A stretch of 63,998 nucleotides of DNA, the filler included, from a bacterium (GTDB lineage Bacteria; JAMORN01): the NCBI GenBank assembly GCA_027063545.1. It is 16 parts of 16 records of this genome, joined end to end, with 100 filler letters (N's around TTAATTAATTAA, not from the genome) between each part and the next. Parts side by side here need not be neighbours in the genome. Positions count along the whole stretch, not along the records: positions 19,368 to 22,447 come from JAMORN010000298.1; positions 22,548 to 25,618 come from JAMORN010000299.1; positions 25,719 to 28,781 come from JAMORN010000300.1; positions 28,882 to 31,942 come from JAMORN010000301.1; positions 32,043 to 35,083 come from JAMORN010000302.1; 11 more parts are not named here. One strand, given 5' to 3'. The notes below the pieces were generated by a model that was not told the DNA's origin, made no database searches, and was given only the letters and a program-made list of their open reading frames with translations. This document shows positions 21,147 to 32,376 of this stretch, one piece after another. Position numbers and translations under genes: made by a program. Within the stretch, counting starts at the first letter, position 1. Every line of letters begins with the position of its first letter.

Positions 21147-22055
21147 TTATAATAAACTCCCTTGGGCTATACCTAACTTTTTAAAAGTTTCTTCTATATA
21201 TTTTAATGCTTTTTGTTTTTCTAAAACCCAGTATGGAGCAATTAGATATTCTTTAGGTGAGTCTCCCATTATTCTTGCTATAACCTTATCTTTATCAAGA
21301 TAACCTATGAATTTTACAACTAAAGGAGCATATTCTTCTAAAGATAATATCTTCACATTTTCTTGTTTGTAAAGTATTTCTAAAGGAGTATTTTTAACAA
21401 CATGTAGATTATGAATTTTCACTATTTTTATTTTTTTAAATTTATTTATATACTTAGCGTTTTCAAGCATTTCCTCTTCTGTTTCAGTAGGAAGACCTAA
21501 GATCACATGCACGCCAATTTCTATATTTGTATTTTCAACAAGTTTCATAGCATTTTCAAAAGCATCAATTAAATGTCCCCTATTCATCCAGATAAGACTT
21601 TTATTATGCATTGATTGAAGTCCAAGTTCCAAAGATATATAATACTTTTGTGCAAGCTCATTTATCATAGAAATTTTTTCTTTATCAATACAGTCAGGTC
21701 TTGTTCCAATTATAAGACCAGAGATTTTGGGATGATTTAATATTTTAGTATAAATTTTATATAGCGTATCTACATCAGCATAAGTATTTGTGTTTGGCTG
21801 TAAATATCCTAAGAAATATTTTATATTTTTGTATCTTTTGTTTAATCTTTCTATACCTATTTTTATCTGTGTTTCTAAATTTTCTCCCAATTTTTTTGAA
21901 GGAGAAAATGATAGCTCATTGCAGTAGATACATCCCTTTTTAGATAATGTTCCATCTCTATTTGGGCAAGAGAAACCAGCATTTAAACTTATTTTATAGA
22001 CTTTTCCCCCAAATATTTGTTTTAGATAATTATTGTATGTATTATAAAATTCCAT
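21147..22055 (-). CDS. TIGR01212/YhcC family radical SAM protein
   Basis: FSCPNRDG...GCIYC, GTRPDC, ELGLQS. Confidence 0.92.
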   Translation of the reverse strand: MEFYNTYNNYLKQIFGGKVYKISLNAGFSCPNRDGTLSKKGCIYCNELSFSPSKKLGENLETQIKIGIERLNKRYKNIKYFLGYLQPNTNTYADVDTLYKIYTKILNHPKISGLIIGTRPDCIDKEKISMINELAQKYYISLELGLQSMHNKSLIWMNRGHLIDAFENAMKLVENTNIEIGVHVILGLPTETEEEMLENAKYINKFKKIKIVKIHNLHVVKNTPLEILYKQENVKILSLEEYAPLVVKFIGYLDKDKVIARIMGDSPKEYLIAPYWVLEKQKALKYIEETFKKLGIAQGSLL

Positions 22056-22177
22056 ATATTTTTCTTATATTTAATATTATAAAGTTATTGATTATTACTT
22101 TATAAAAATTTAACTTAATACTAAAGGAATATAAAAATTTAATCTTAATAAAAGAAGATTAAAAGGAGGAAATAATT

Positions 22178-22447
22178 ATGAAAAGATTATATTTAAGTTT
22201 TATAATAATGTTATTTTTCTTATTTTCACTTAGTATAAATAATTGTTCTGTAGAAAATCCAACAGAGACAAGTGATTCTACTTCATCAGATACGACTTTA
22301 AATACAACAACTACTTCTCCAGAAACAGTAGTTGTGGTAGATACTGTTTTTTTGGATACAAATGGAGTAGTAGATACACTAACAGATACACTGTTAAATA
22401 CGGTGAAAGATAGTTTTTATTTAAGAACAGATACTTTATGGAGTGAT
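22178..22447 (+). CDS. Putative lipoprotein with S/T-rich and DT repeats, 3' truncated
   Basis: Signal peptide ending INNC; strong SD AGGAGG. Confidence 0.6.
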
Positions 22448-22547
22448 NNNNNNNNNNNNNNNNNNNNNNNNNNNNNNNNNNNNNNNNNNNNTTAATTAAT
22501 TAANNNNNNNNNNNNNNNNNNNNNNNNNNNNNNNNNNNNNNNNNNNN

Positions 22548-22968
22548 TAAAAAAATCTGTTAAATACTTATTATAAAACCTCTGAAAGTATAGAACTGGC
22601 TCTATCCCGAAAATCCATTCATCTATTTTTATTAAATAGTCATGTATATCGTGTGAATTTACAAATCCTATTGTATCATGAAGATTTGTATAAACAGCTA
22701 TCACAAAAATAAAAGGAAGAACCTCTCTTATCCACCAAGTATACTTCCAAAAAGGTTTTTTCTTCACAAACCAAATAAAAAATCCCATTATAATCATTGA
22801 TACAACTAATCTTATTATACCATCTATATATTTTTTGGGAATTTCTTGACCTAATGAATAAAAATAATAATTAGCATATAGCGTTATTATCCAAGAAGGA
22901 ATAAGAAATGATATACCTAATAGTTCTTCTAATCTTAGTTTAAAAAGATTTTTTACTAAATTTTTCAT
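22548..22968 (-). CDS. PAP2-family / IPC-synthase-like membrane protein, 3' truncated
   Basis: TM helices, then YTNLHDTI...LIKIDEWIFGIEP. Confidence 0.65.
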
Positions 22969-23045
22969 ACAATTAAATATAGATTTTTTTTTCTAAATTT
23001 TTTATAATAAAATATAGAAGTACAAAAATTAAAAAGGAATATAAA

Positions 23046-24295
23046 ATGAAAAAAATTTTAATATTTGTGTTATTTTTTATTTTCAACTGTTTCTTATACA
23101 TAGAAGCAAAAGAAGGGGCTTATATATCTGGTTTTTTTTTCAAATTTGGGGTGATAAAGGTGGAGAATTAACTCAAGAAAAATGGGATAGTTTATTTAGT
23201 TCTCTTTCTAATTTAAATGTAAAATATATAATTATTCAGTATTCTATATATGATCAATATGCATGGTATCCTACTCAAAATCCAAATTACACAGTATGGA
23301 GCGGTGATGTTATTGGAAAAATTATAAATAGTGCTAATAAATATGAACAAAAAGTAATTATAGGATTAAATTATAAATCTGATTGGGAAGATAATCTTTC
23401 TAATACTACTTATTTATCTTCTTTACTTGAAGAATCAAAAAATATAGCTCAAGAACTATATAATCTATACGGGTCTAATCCAAGCTTTGATGGATTTTAT
23501 ATTCCCGAAGAAATTGACGATTATAATATGCTTTTAAACGACAACTATAAAACTTTTTGTGATAACTTTTTGGCACCTTTATCATTATATTTAAAAGAAT
23601 TATCTAATAAAAAAATCTTAATATCTCCTTATTTTTCAAATAGTGATACCAGTTCATTTAGACAAATGTATGAATACTTTTTTAAAAATTCTTATATAAC
23701 TCATATAGCTCCTCAAGACGGAGCAGGATGTAATAGAACATTTTATAATGATCAAATTCCATTATATTTTTCTATATATAAAAAGCTTACAAATATATAT
23801 AATATAACTTTATGGGCGAATATGGAAGTCTTTAATCAAATACACGGATGGCCTGTGGATGATCAAGCTTGGGAAGCTGTCCCTACAGATATTGATTCTA
23901 TACTTATTGGTCTTGATACCCTATCAAATTATAGTGATACTATTGTTGCTTTTGAGTACTGGTATATGGATCCTAATAGAGGTGAGAAAGAAACAAAGCT
24001 TTATAATGACTATTTAAGCTATTTTTCTAATATTCAAAACTCAACAAGTATCAATTTCACAGAAAAAGTAGTTAATAGAAAAATTAAAGTTTATCCCAAT
24101 CCTTTTAATAATATTTTGAATATAATAAACTTTGATTTTAATTCTCCTATAAAAATTTATAATATTAATGGAAAAGAGATACTTTCAATAGTACCCCCAA
24201 ATTCCTACATTAATATTGATTTTTCAAATTTTCCTACAGGAATATATTTTATAAGAAGTAATAATGAGATATTAAAAGTAATATACTTAAAATAA
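23046..24295 (+). CDS. DUF4434-like secreted glycoside hydrolase with a C-terminal sorting domain, frameshifted at a T9 run (23132-23140)
   Basis: Signal peptide from ATG 23046; the -1 frame from 23141 is open into ORF 23528-24295 (QIWGD...IIIQYS...YGSNPSFDGFYIPEEID...APQDGAG...LWANMEVF...YPNPFN...GIYFI). Confidence 0.75.
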
Positions 24296-24302
24296 CATTT
24301 TA

Positions 24303-24740
24303 TCATTCAATATAAACATAAGGACGAATTTTTTCTAACTTCTTTTTGCCTATTCCTTTTACATTAAGAAGTTCCTCTACAGAAGAAAAATCTCCATGTT
24401 CTTCTCTATACCGAATAATCTTTTGAGCTGTTTTTTCTCCAATTCCTTTTATTTTTATCAATTCCTTTACTGTTGCAGTATTTAAATTAACCTTTATTTT
24501 TAAAGTGTTTTCTTTTTTCTTAAATTTACTTAACCTTTTCTTTGAATAACCTTTAGAATAATATTCTTTTTCTATTTTTGTCTTTGTATTTTTACTAAAC
24601 TCTGATTGAGAAAATAGATATTTTGATGAAAGTTTGGATATAATTGTAAATATTATAAAAAATACAAAAACTGCAATTATAAAAGAAGTTTCAGACAGAA
24701 CCTTTTTATTTTTATATTTAGGTTTTGCCTGAAAATCCAT
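24303..24740 (-). CDS. comEA: ComEA-family helix-hairpin-helix DNA-binding protein
   Basis: TM helix plus VNLNTAT...GIGEKTAQKIIRYREEHG...VKGIG. Confidence 0.88.
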   Translation of the reverse strand: MDFQAKPKYKNKKVLSETSFIIAVFVFFIIFTIISKLSSKYLFSQSEFSKNTKTKIEKEYYSKGYSKKRLSKFKKKENTLKIKVNLNTATVKELIKIKGIGEKTAQKIIRYREEHGDFSSVEELLNVKGIGKKKLEKIRPYVYIE

Positions 24741-24804
24741 TTCTTTTGCTTTCTTTTTAATTTTCCCCTAAAATTCTATAAAATATTTGTAACTAAAATA
24801 AAAA

Positions 24805-25618
24805 TTAATTAATCACAATATCAAGATTTTTTATTACGCTTTCTTTCCACTCTTTAAAATCACCTTTTTTAATATGTTCTCTTGCTTCTTTTATAAGTTT
24901 ATTATAAAAATATAAATTATGAATAGTAGCAAGTCTTAATGCTAATATCTCATTTGATTTAAATAAATGATGCAAATATCCTACAGAAAAATTTTGACAA
25001 GTATAACAACCACACCCCTCTTCAACTGGCTGGTCTATCTTATCCTTCCAAATTTTCTTTTTTATAACAACTTTTCCTTTAAATGTATACAAAGTTCCAT
25101 TTCTAGCATTTCTTGTAGGATAAACACAATCAAACATATCAACTCCATGCTCTATTGCCTCTAAAATGTCTCTTGGTGTTCCTACCCCCATTAAATATCT
25201 AGGCTTATCCTCTGGCATTTTGGGAGTTATATATTCAACAATTCTGTACATATCTTCTCTTTCCTCACCAACAGATAACCCTCCAATAGCATACCCATCA
25301 AAATCAAGTGTTAATAAATCCTCTAATGATTTATCCCTTAAATCCTCAAATATTCCTCCCTGATTTATTCCAAATATAAATTGATCATATCCGTATACGC
25401 CTTTTATTTCTTGAAAAAAATAAAATCCCCTTTCTGCCCATTTTGAAGTTCTAATAACAGCCTTTAAAACCTCATCTTTGGGTGCATCTCCAGGAGGACA
25501 ATGATCAAAACTCATTATTATATCACTACCTATATAAACCTGTGTTTCTATTGATTTTTCTGGTGTAAAAAAATGTTTGCTACCATCTTTATGATAACGA
25601 AATTCCACCCCTTCATCT
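24805..25618 (-). CDS. tgt: tRNA-guanine transglycosylase, 5' truncated
   Basis: GYAIGGLSVGE, PRYLMGVG, DMFDCVYPTRNARNG, CGCYTC. Confidence 0.97.
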
Positions 25619-25718
25619 NNNNNNNNNNNNNNNNNNNNNNNNNNNNNNNNNNNNNNNNNNNNTTAATTAATTAANNNNNNNNNNNNNNNNNNNNNNNNNN
25701 NNNNNNNNNNNNNNNNNN

Positions 25719-25823
25719 AGAATTTAATTTTTCTACTGGAACATTTTCCAATTTATTATAATTAGATTGTTGGTTATTTAACTCTTCTATTGCTTCTTCC
25801 ATTAACTGATTAATTTTTCTCAT
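25719..25823 (-). CDS. Hypothetical protein, N-terminal fragment
   Basis: MRKINQLMEEAIEELNNQ... overlaps the neuA stop and has an AGGAG SD; truncated by the contig end. Confidence 0.5.
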
Positions 25824-26502
25824 TTAATCTCCTTTGAACTATTTTTAAATCATTAGCAGTATCAATATCAACACTATATTCTTTTTTCATTTTAAAAATT
25901 TTTAAAGGTATAGAAAATATATTTTTTTCTTTCAAAAAACTATTTACTTTACAAATATATATCGCACCATTTGGCATATAACATTTAGGTAAAGTTTGCC
26001 TTGGTTTCGTCAAATCTTTCCAACTTGTTAAAGGTGCAATAACTCCATTTTTTTCAACAAGCATTTTAAAAGGGGAATGTTCTATTTCAACAACACTTAC
26101 TAATGAAGATGCGTTTTCTTCATTATACTTTTCCCAGGCTTCTCTTATATGAGTTTCATTTCTTAATGGAGAAGTGGGTTGTAATAACATAAAATAAGTA
26201 TAAACTTCTTTTCTATTTTTCAATTCAATTAAAGCATGTTCTATAACATCTAAACTGCTTGCCGTATCGGTTGCTAATTTACTAGGTCTATCTATAACCT
26301 CTGCTCCAAATTTTAAAGAAGCTTCTTTTATTTCTTTATCATCGGTTGTTACGACTATCTTATCAAATATATTACTTTTTATTGCTGCTTCTATTGTATA
26401 AGCAATTAGTGGCTTACCGTTTAAATCAATAATATTCTTTCTAGACAAACCTTTACTGCCACCTCTTGCTGGTATTATAGCTATTATAGATTTATTCATC
26501 AC
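25810..26502 (-). CDS. neuA: CMP-N-acetylneuraminate synthetase
   Basis: IPARGGSKG...KN, LQPTSPLR, NGAIY, DID. Confidence 0.93.
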   Translation of the reverse strand: MMNKSIIAIIPARGGSKGLSRKNIIDLNGKPLIAYTIEAAIKSNIFDKIVVTTDDKEIKEASLKFGAEVIDRPSKLATDTASSLDVIEHALIELKNRKEVYTYFMLLQPTSPLRNETHIREAWEKYNEENASSLVSVVEIEHSPFKMLVEKNGVIAPLTSWKDLTKPRQTLPKCYMPNGAIYICKVNSFLKEKNIFSIPLKIFKMKKEYSVDIDTANDLKIVQRRLNEKN

Positions 26503-27646
26503 ACTTCCTTACAAAATTATGGTCAATAAATACCTTTTGTGCTGATATCTTCCATAAATTGGGATTTAATAATAAATTTTTAAACCTTTTAGCACTATCA
26601 CCTGAGCCAAAATATTCATTTTTTATAGTTGAATCTTTTTTATATTCTTTCACTTTTTGAATCATTTTAAGTATATTTTTTTTATTATAATCACAGTTAA
26701 AAATACTTTTTCCTGTACAACGTAAATTTTGACGAGTACCAATATTTATAGTAGGAATACCATAAATAGGTGCTTCTCTTATACCTGCACTTGAGTTACC
26801 AATAATGGAAATCGAATGTTTAAGCAATGTTAAGAAATACTCAAATTTTATTGATGGAAACAATTTGAAATTACTTAAATTTTCTAATCTTTTATATTCA
26901 TTAAAAATAAAATTTGTACCATGATCATTGTTTGGATATATAACAACAAAATTATTATTTGATTCTATTAAAGCATCAACCAAATTTTTACTATATCTAT
27001 CAAACTTGTCTACTTCTGTTGTTACAGGATGAAACATAACTATGTAATATTCTTCAAAAGGTATATTATAGTATTCTTTAACTTCTCTAATACTAGGTAA
27101 ATTTTTTGACTTCATAATATCAATATCTGGAGAACCAATTAAAAATATTGAAGACTCCCGTTCACCCATTTGAATGATTCTATTTTTTGCTTCCTCATTT
27201 GCAACTAAATGAATATGTGACAGTTTCGTAACAGAATGCCTTATTAATTCATCAATTGTTCCTGACCTTTCACCACCTTCAATATGAGTTACCAATATAT
27301 TATTTAAACTTCCTACAATAGCTCCAGCTAATGCTTCAATTCTATCACCATGAACTATTATCATATCTGGTCTATTTTCATATATATAACGTGATAATCC
27401 TTCAATAGTATTTGCAAGAATCATTTCCATTGGTTCGTCAATATGTTGATTAATAAATTTATGAGTATTTGTAAATCCACTTTTTATAATTTCTAAATAT
27501 GTATTACCATATCTTTTTAACATATGCATACCGGTAATAAATATTTGATATTCAAAATTTTCTAAATCATCAACCACTTTAATAAGGGCTTTTAATTTAC
27601 TAAAATCAGCTCTTGTTCCGGATATAAATAAAATTTTTTTATTCAT
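26492..27646 (-). CDS. neuC: UDP-GlcNAc 2-epimerase (hydrolysing)
   Basis: [35 protein letters not shown]. Confidence 0.93.
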   Translation of the reverse strand: MNKKILFISGTRADFSKLKALIKVVDDLENFEYQIFITGMHMLKRYGNTYLEIIKSGFTNTHKFINQHIDEPMEMILANTIEGLSRYIYENRPDMIIVHGDRIEALAGAIVGSLNNILVTHIEGGERSGTIDELIRHSVTKLSHIHLVANEEAKNRIIQMGERESSIFLIGSPDIDIMKSKNLPSIREVKEYYNIPFEEYYIVMFHPVTTEVDKFDRYSKNLVDALIESNNNFVVIYPNNDHGTNFIFNEYKRLENLSNFKLFPSIKFEYFLTLLKHSISIIGNSSAGIREAPIYGIPTINIGTRQNLRCTGKSIFNCDYNKKNILKMIQKVKEYKKDSTIKNEYFGSGDSAKRFKNLLLNPNLWKISAQKVFIDHNFVRKCDE

Positions 27647-28682
27647 CTATATCCTCCCAAGATAAATGCTCATCACAATTTATATCTCGCTTTACTTTTT
27701 TTCCTAGTAAATCATTAAAAGATTCTGCTTTTATTTCCCCTGTACCTGGTCTTTTAACCCATATATTTTCTTTAGTAAGAATTTCTCCTGTTTTTATAGG
27801 TTTTATAGAAACAACTGTAGCAAAAGCAAAATCTATCGTTACTTGTTCTTCTTTTGCAGGTTCTTTTTTACCTCCTCTCATTTTCCATATTTCTTCACTA
27901 CCGATTATTAATTCTTTTAATTCAATTGGATCCATTGAATTAATAATATCAGGTCCAGGTCTATCTTTTCTATCAGTAAAATGACGTTCCAATATTGAAG
28001 CCTCAAGTGCCGTAGCAGCAAAACAAGCTAAATTGGAAGTAGTATGATCAGACAATCCTATTATTGCATTTGGAAATTGTCTTTGTAATGCTTGCATTGC
28101 TCCAAGTCTCACCAAATTGGATGGTGTGGGATATAAATTTGTAGTATGAAGTAAAGCATATGGAATATTATTTTTTTCAAGTATATTTACAGTTTTTCTA
28201 ACAGATTCAATATTATTCATACCAGTACTTACTATCATAGGTTTTCCAAAAGATGCTATATATTCTATTAAAGGATAATTATTGCATTCACCAGAACCTA
28301 TTTTATATGCACAAACATTCATTCTTTCAAGTCTGTCTGCTGCAGCCCTTGAAAAAGGTGTACTTATAAAAATCATTCCTTTTGATTCAACATACTCTTT
28401 CAATTTTAATTCATCTTCTTCATTTAGTGCACAACGTTTCATAATATCATATATAGATACAGAAGCATTACCTGGAATAACTTTCTTTGCTTCTTTACTC
28501 ATTTCATCTTCAATAACATGGGTTTGATGCTTTATTACTTCGGCACCTGCTTTCCATGCAGCATCAACCATTTCAAAAGCAGTTTCTAAAGAACCTCCAT
28601 GATTAATTCCAATTTCTACTATAACTAAAGGTGGATACTCTTCTCCAACTAACCTTTTTCCTATTTTTATGACTTTTTTCAT
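27639..28682 (-). CDS. neuB: N-acetylneuraminate synthase
   Basis: [31 protein letters not shown]-terminal SAF domain (KRPGTG). Confidence 0.95.
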   Translation of the reverse strand: MKKVIKIGKRLVGEEYPPLVIVEIGINHGGSLETAFEMVDAAWKAGAEVIKHQTHVIEDEMSKEAKKVIPGNASVSIYDIMKRCALNEEDELKLKEYVESKGMIFISTPFSRAAADRLERMNVCAYKIGSGECNNYPLIEYIASFGKPMIVSTGMNNIESVRKTVNILEKNNIPYALLHTTNLYPTPSNLVRLGAMQALQRQFPNAIIGLSDHTTSNLACFAATALEASILERHFTDRKDRPGPDIINSMDPIELKELIIGSEEIWKMRGGKKEPAKEEQVTIDFAFATVVSIKPIKTGEILTKENIWVKRPGTGEIKAESFNDLLGKKVKRDINCDEHLSWEDIDE

Positions 28683-28701
28683 TTTTATTTCCTTTATAAA
28701 T

Positions 28702-28781
28702 TTATTCTACAGTTACAGATTTAGCTAAGTTTCTTGGCATATCTACATCATTACCAAGTCTAATACTAATTTCCATTGAAA
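28702..28781 (-). CDS. glmS: Glutamine-fructose-6-phosphate transaminase, C-terminal end
   Basis: Hand translation [25 protein letters not shown], the invariant GlmS C-terminus. Confidence 0.93.
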
Positions 28782-28881
28782 NNNNNNNNNNNNNNNNNNN
28801 NNNNNNNNNNNNNNNNNNNNNNNNNTTAATTAATTAANNNNNNNNNNNNNNNNNNNNNNNNNNNNNNNNNNNNNNNNNNNN

Positions 28882-28950
28882 CTCTTTAGCTATTTGATGT
28901 ATTTTTTTCTTAATATTTTCATCTATTTCAAATGCTATAAAAGTTCTCAT
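28882..28950 (-). CDS. thpR: RNA 2',3'-cyclic phosphodiesterase (2'-5' RNA ligase), N-terminal fragment
   Basis: MRTFIAFEIDENIKKKIHQIAKE, downstream of a cinA-like gene. Confidence 0.7.
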
Positions 28951-28961
28951 ATTCTATAAAT

Positions 28962-30311
28962 TTAAAAATTTATTCTTACTAATTCAGTATTAAAGTAAAA
29001 ATTCTTTTTATTTTTGCTTAATATTAAATAAGCTAATATATCAGGATTAAAATAAATACTTACATCTTTATTTCCTTTATTCTTTGTTTTTAGATTATAT
29101 GCATAATAATATTCAGCCCCTATTGAAGAGAAAAGATAAAAATAAGAAAGATTATCAGTATCAATATCTAAAAGTAGACCTAAACCTAGTCCTGATAACC
29201 CTCCTGCTAAATAAATTCCATTAATAAAAAGACCTTGAAATATTGATATTTCTTTATCTTTTACAATATAATAAGTAGTTAATCCTCTAAAAAATGGCCA
29301 AAACATGTCTGATATATTTTGAGACACTTTTTTATAGTAATCCTCAAGCAGATAATTATTATTTTCAGATATTTTATTTTTATAATAGAGATCATATATC
29401 TTTTCTCCTATTATTAGATGTGATTCGCTATAGGCAATATATAAATCTGATAAAATTAAATATCCACTACCTGAAGATAAATAGTAATTTTTAAAAGAAG
29501 AAACAAATAGAGGTGTACTATATATAATAAAAGTTGGAATTATGGTGGATACTCCTTTCACTACATTAAGCAAATCTTGTTTATCTGAAGGCAATTCCTC
29601 TTTATTATTTATATAATAAAGATTGGAAAAGAGAGATAATCCTTCTATAGAACTTATAAAAATATAATCCATTATTGCTGATCTTAATAAACTTGTACCT
29701 AAATATTTAGGAAATATATCATACTTATAGCTGTAATAAAGAAACATTGGGAATAAAGCCATTTCTGAGGCACCTACAATCTTAATTCTTGTTTCATCCC
29801 TAACTTTTGAAAGCATCTTATTTATACTATACCAACTATAAAGTATAGTATATCTTCCAGCAAGATATAATCCTTCAACTTTAGGATAATTCAATGCAAG
29901 CTTTGAGTATATTCTATATTGAGTATAAAATGAAGCTACACCTATAAAAAAACTTGTTCCTAAAATTTCATTTAAATATTTATCATAATAATCAGAAAAA
30001 AGGATATTAAATCCTGCTATATATATATAACTTCCTATTGCTCCATTTAGAATTGTCAGAAGATATATTCCTTCTTTCTTTCTATTATCCAATGAGTTTG
30101 AAAAAAAAAATGTATTTTTTATCTTTGTTGGTTGTTTTATCATTAGATTAATTTTTAATAAATCTTTTGTAGAATCATAGTAAAAAGAATCAATATAAAC
30201 TTTTTCACCTAATTTATTAGATATATATTTCTCTAAATTACTATTATATTCATTAGCAAAAATATTTGTTAATAAATATAAAATATAAAACACTATAACT
30301 ATTTTTCTTAT
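28962..30311 (-). CDS. Hypothetical membrane protein (possible ATA start at 30311; GTG at 30293)
   Basis: Signal-peptide-like N-terminus and multiple Gly/aromatic-rich hydrophobic segments. Confidence 0.6.
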   Translation of the reverse strand: MRKIVIVFYILYLLTNIFANEYNSNLEKYISNKLGEKVYIDSFYYDSTKDLLKINLMIKQPTKIKNTFFFSNSLDNRKKEGIYLLTILNGAIGSYIYIAGFNILFSDYYDKYLNEILGTSFFIGVASFYTQYRIYSKLALNYPKVEGLYLAGRYTILYSWYSINKMLSKVRDETRIKIVGASEMALFPMFLYYSYKYDIFPKYLGTSLLRSAIMDYIFISSIEGLSLFSNLYYINNKEELPSDKQDLLNVVKGVSTIIPTFIIYSTPLFVSSFKNYYLSSGSGYLILSDLYIAYSESHLIIGEKIYDLYYKNKISENNNYLLEDYYKKVSQNISDMFWPFFRGLTTYYIVKDKEISIFQGLFINGIYLAGGLSGLGLGLLLDIDTDNLSYFYLFSSIGAEYYYAYNLKTKNKGNKDVSIYFNPDILAYLILSKNKKNFYFNTELVRINF

Positions 30312-30326
30312 GTTAAACCCCTTTAT

Positions 30327-31718
30327 TTAAAAATTTAGTTTATTTAATCCTATAGGATAAATTTCTAAATTTTCTCTTATAAATTTTATATCTACAATCT
30401 GAGACTCTCCTGTATCAAAATTTCCATTTAATAATTCTTGATTATATTCATCTCTACCAACATTATTTGCATATTCAAAAGAGGCACCATCCCAAGCAAG
30501 GGTTGTTTCAAGAAAGTCAGATGTGGTTGAGTTTTTCTCTACTACCCAACCTAAAAAAGCATGTCCCGGTATCAATACTATTAAAGGATTAATACCTATT
30601 GCTTCAAGAATAGATGCAAAAAGTATAACCCCTTCTATACAATTTGCATTCTTTGTTTCCAAAACCTCTTGAGGAAATTTTATTTTTTGATCTCCCTCAT
30701 AGGTTGTAATATTATCTACATATAAAATTCCTCTTCTTTGAAGAACCTCATAAATTGCTTTTACTTGATTATAAACACTCTCAGATATTGGAATAGTATC
30801 TGCAACCTCTTGATAACCTACAATTGGATAAATCTCAGCAGCCTCATGTAGGATAGTTTGAATACTATCAACATTTGGGGTTACCCAAAGGGCAATATAA
30901 TTAGATAGATCTATAAAATTTCCTGATGGATCATAAAGTCCCCAAGAGAATGTATTTTTTGAAGTTAAATAGGTTTCGTAGGAATTTTCAAATATAGGAA
31001 CTTCTTTATCATTATTTAATACAGATATTTTTAAATAAATATTAGTATTTACCCCTTCATTTAAAGAATCAAGAGCTGTTGGTTTTATATAAGGTAAGAT
31101 ATTCACAGTATCAATTTCTCCTGGATTTAAAATTATTGTTTCAATATCGTTTTCTGTATAATCTCCAATATATCCTTCAACCTTTATTATATAATAAGTA
31201 TTTGCAGTATTTTCCAGTACTATATTTACAATGCCTCTCAAAATTGGGAAATATTTATAAATGTTTGGATAATATGAAAGAAAAGAGGAAGTTATACTAC
31301 TATGCCATCTTATAGCAAGTATATCAATATAATTTGAAGCAGAATTTGAATATATATCATTATATATATTTGAATAGATAATATTATATAAGGAATCTAA
31401 ATCGTTTTCATATTTTCTTGAATAAATATAATATAAACTATCAAATATAGAATCTAAAACTATATGTGCAACAACCGAATCATCAACTTGATTTAAAATC
31501 ATATTATAAATACTATCACGAAGCATATAATATATACTATCCTTTATATAATCATCAAAACCTAAGAATATTGTATCTTTATTTATAATATATATTGTAT
31601 CTTTTATCACTTGTGTATCCTGAGATGATAATATATTATTATTATTATCCTCTTCATTGGAAGCACAATTAAAAATAATTAAACTAATAAAAAAAAGTAT
31701 TAAAAAAATCTTTCGCAT
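30327..31718 (-). CDS. Lipoprotein with a C-terminal transglutaminase-like domain
   Basis: Lipobox IFNC; Q.IKFPQEVL...ANCIEGVILFAS...PGHAFLGW...FLETT. Confidence 0.7.
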   Translation of the reverse strand: MRKIFLILFFISLIIFNCASNEEDNNNNILSSQDTQVIKDTIYIINKDTIFLGFDDYIKDSIYYMLRDSIYNMILNQVDDSVVAHIVLDSIFDSLYYIYSRKYENDLDSLYNIIYSNIYNDIYSNSASNYIDILAIRWHSSITSSFLSYYPNIYKYFPILRGIVNIVLENTANTYYIIKVEGYIGDYTENDIETIILNPGEIDTVNILPYIKPTALDSLNEGVNTNIYLKISVLNNDKEVPIFENSYETYLTSKNTFSWGLYDPSGNFIDLSNYIALWVTPNVDSIQTILHEAAEIYPIVGYQEVADTIPISESVYNQVKAIYEVLQRRGILYVDNITTYEGDQKIKFPQEVLETKNANCIEGVILFASILEAIGINPLIVLIPGHAFLGWVVEKNSTTSDFLETTLAWDGASFEYANNVGRDEYNQELLNGNFDTGESQIVDIKFIRENLEIYPIGLNKLNF

Positions 31719-31733
31719 AAATCAATCCTTTCT

Positions 31734-31942
31734 TTATTTTAATAATTTAAAAAGTTCAAATAAAATATCCCTAGCTACTCTTTTTTTTGCAACTTCTCGT
31801 GTATTATCAAAGATCTCTCTATAGTCTTTTTTTATATGGTTATTATAAATTATAGTAAAATAATAATAAAATTTATTAATAATATTATTTGGGGGGAAAT
31901 ATCCTGTTATTGAAATAGAAATATCCGAATTTGAAATTTCTT
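31734..31942 (-). CDS. cinA: CinA C-terminal-domain protein, 5' truncated
   Basis: Hand translation SNSDISISITGYFPP...FDNTREVAKKRVARDILFEL; divergent version of the SxTGxAGP motif. Confidence 0.6.
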
Positions 31943-32042
31943 NNNNNNNNNNNNNNNNNNNNNNNNNNNNNNNNNNNNNNNNNNNNTTAATTAATTAANN
32001 NNNNNNNNNNNNNNNNNNNNNNNNNNNNNNNNNNNNNNNNNN

Positions 32043-32319
32043 TAGAAGTAATAAGATCATCCCATACTTTATCTCTTATCTGCATTCTTCTTATTAAATT
32101 AACTTCTTCTTTTTCTTGTGCTGTTCGCAAAGCATTTTCATAGGCTCTTGCATAAGTTATATAATCAATCTTTTCTCCTTCTACTTCTCCTATTGTCGTA
32201 TTTCTTTTCATAGAATAATAAGCACTCATTCCCCAACCAAAAAATATAAGACCTACGAAGGCTATTAATGTTATAACTACAAATACTTTTGCCCATCTTT
32301 CTCTAATAATTTGTAGCAT
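32043..32319 (-). CDS. SurA/PpiD N-terminal domain protein, 3' truncated
   Basis: MLQIIRE, a TM helix, then IGEVEGEKI. Confidence 0.75.
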
Positions 32320-32376
32320 TTATCCTCCTTATTTAATTTTTTAGTTAACTTTTAGTTTTAAGAAGTTTATGTAGCT

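Noticed and set aside
2782-28682. Link between flagellin and neuBCA (flagellin glycosylation)
   Set aside because: They are on different contigs, possibly from different organisms, so their co-occurrence in this window is uninformative.
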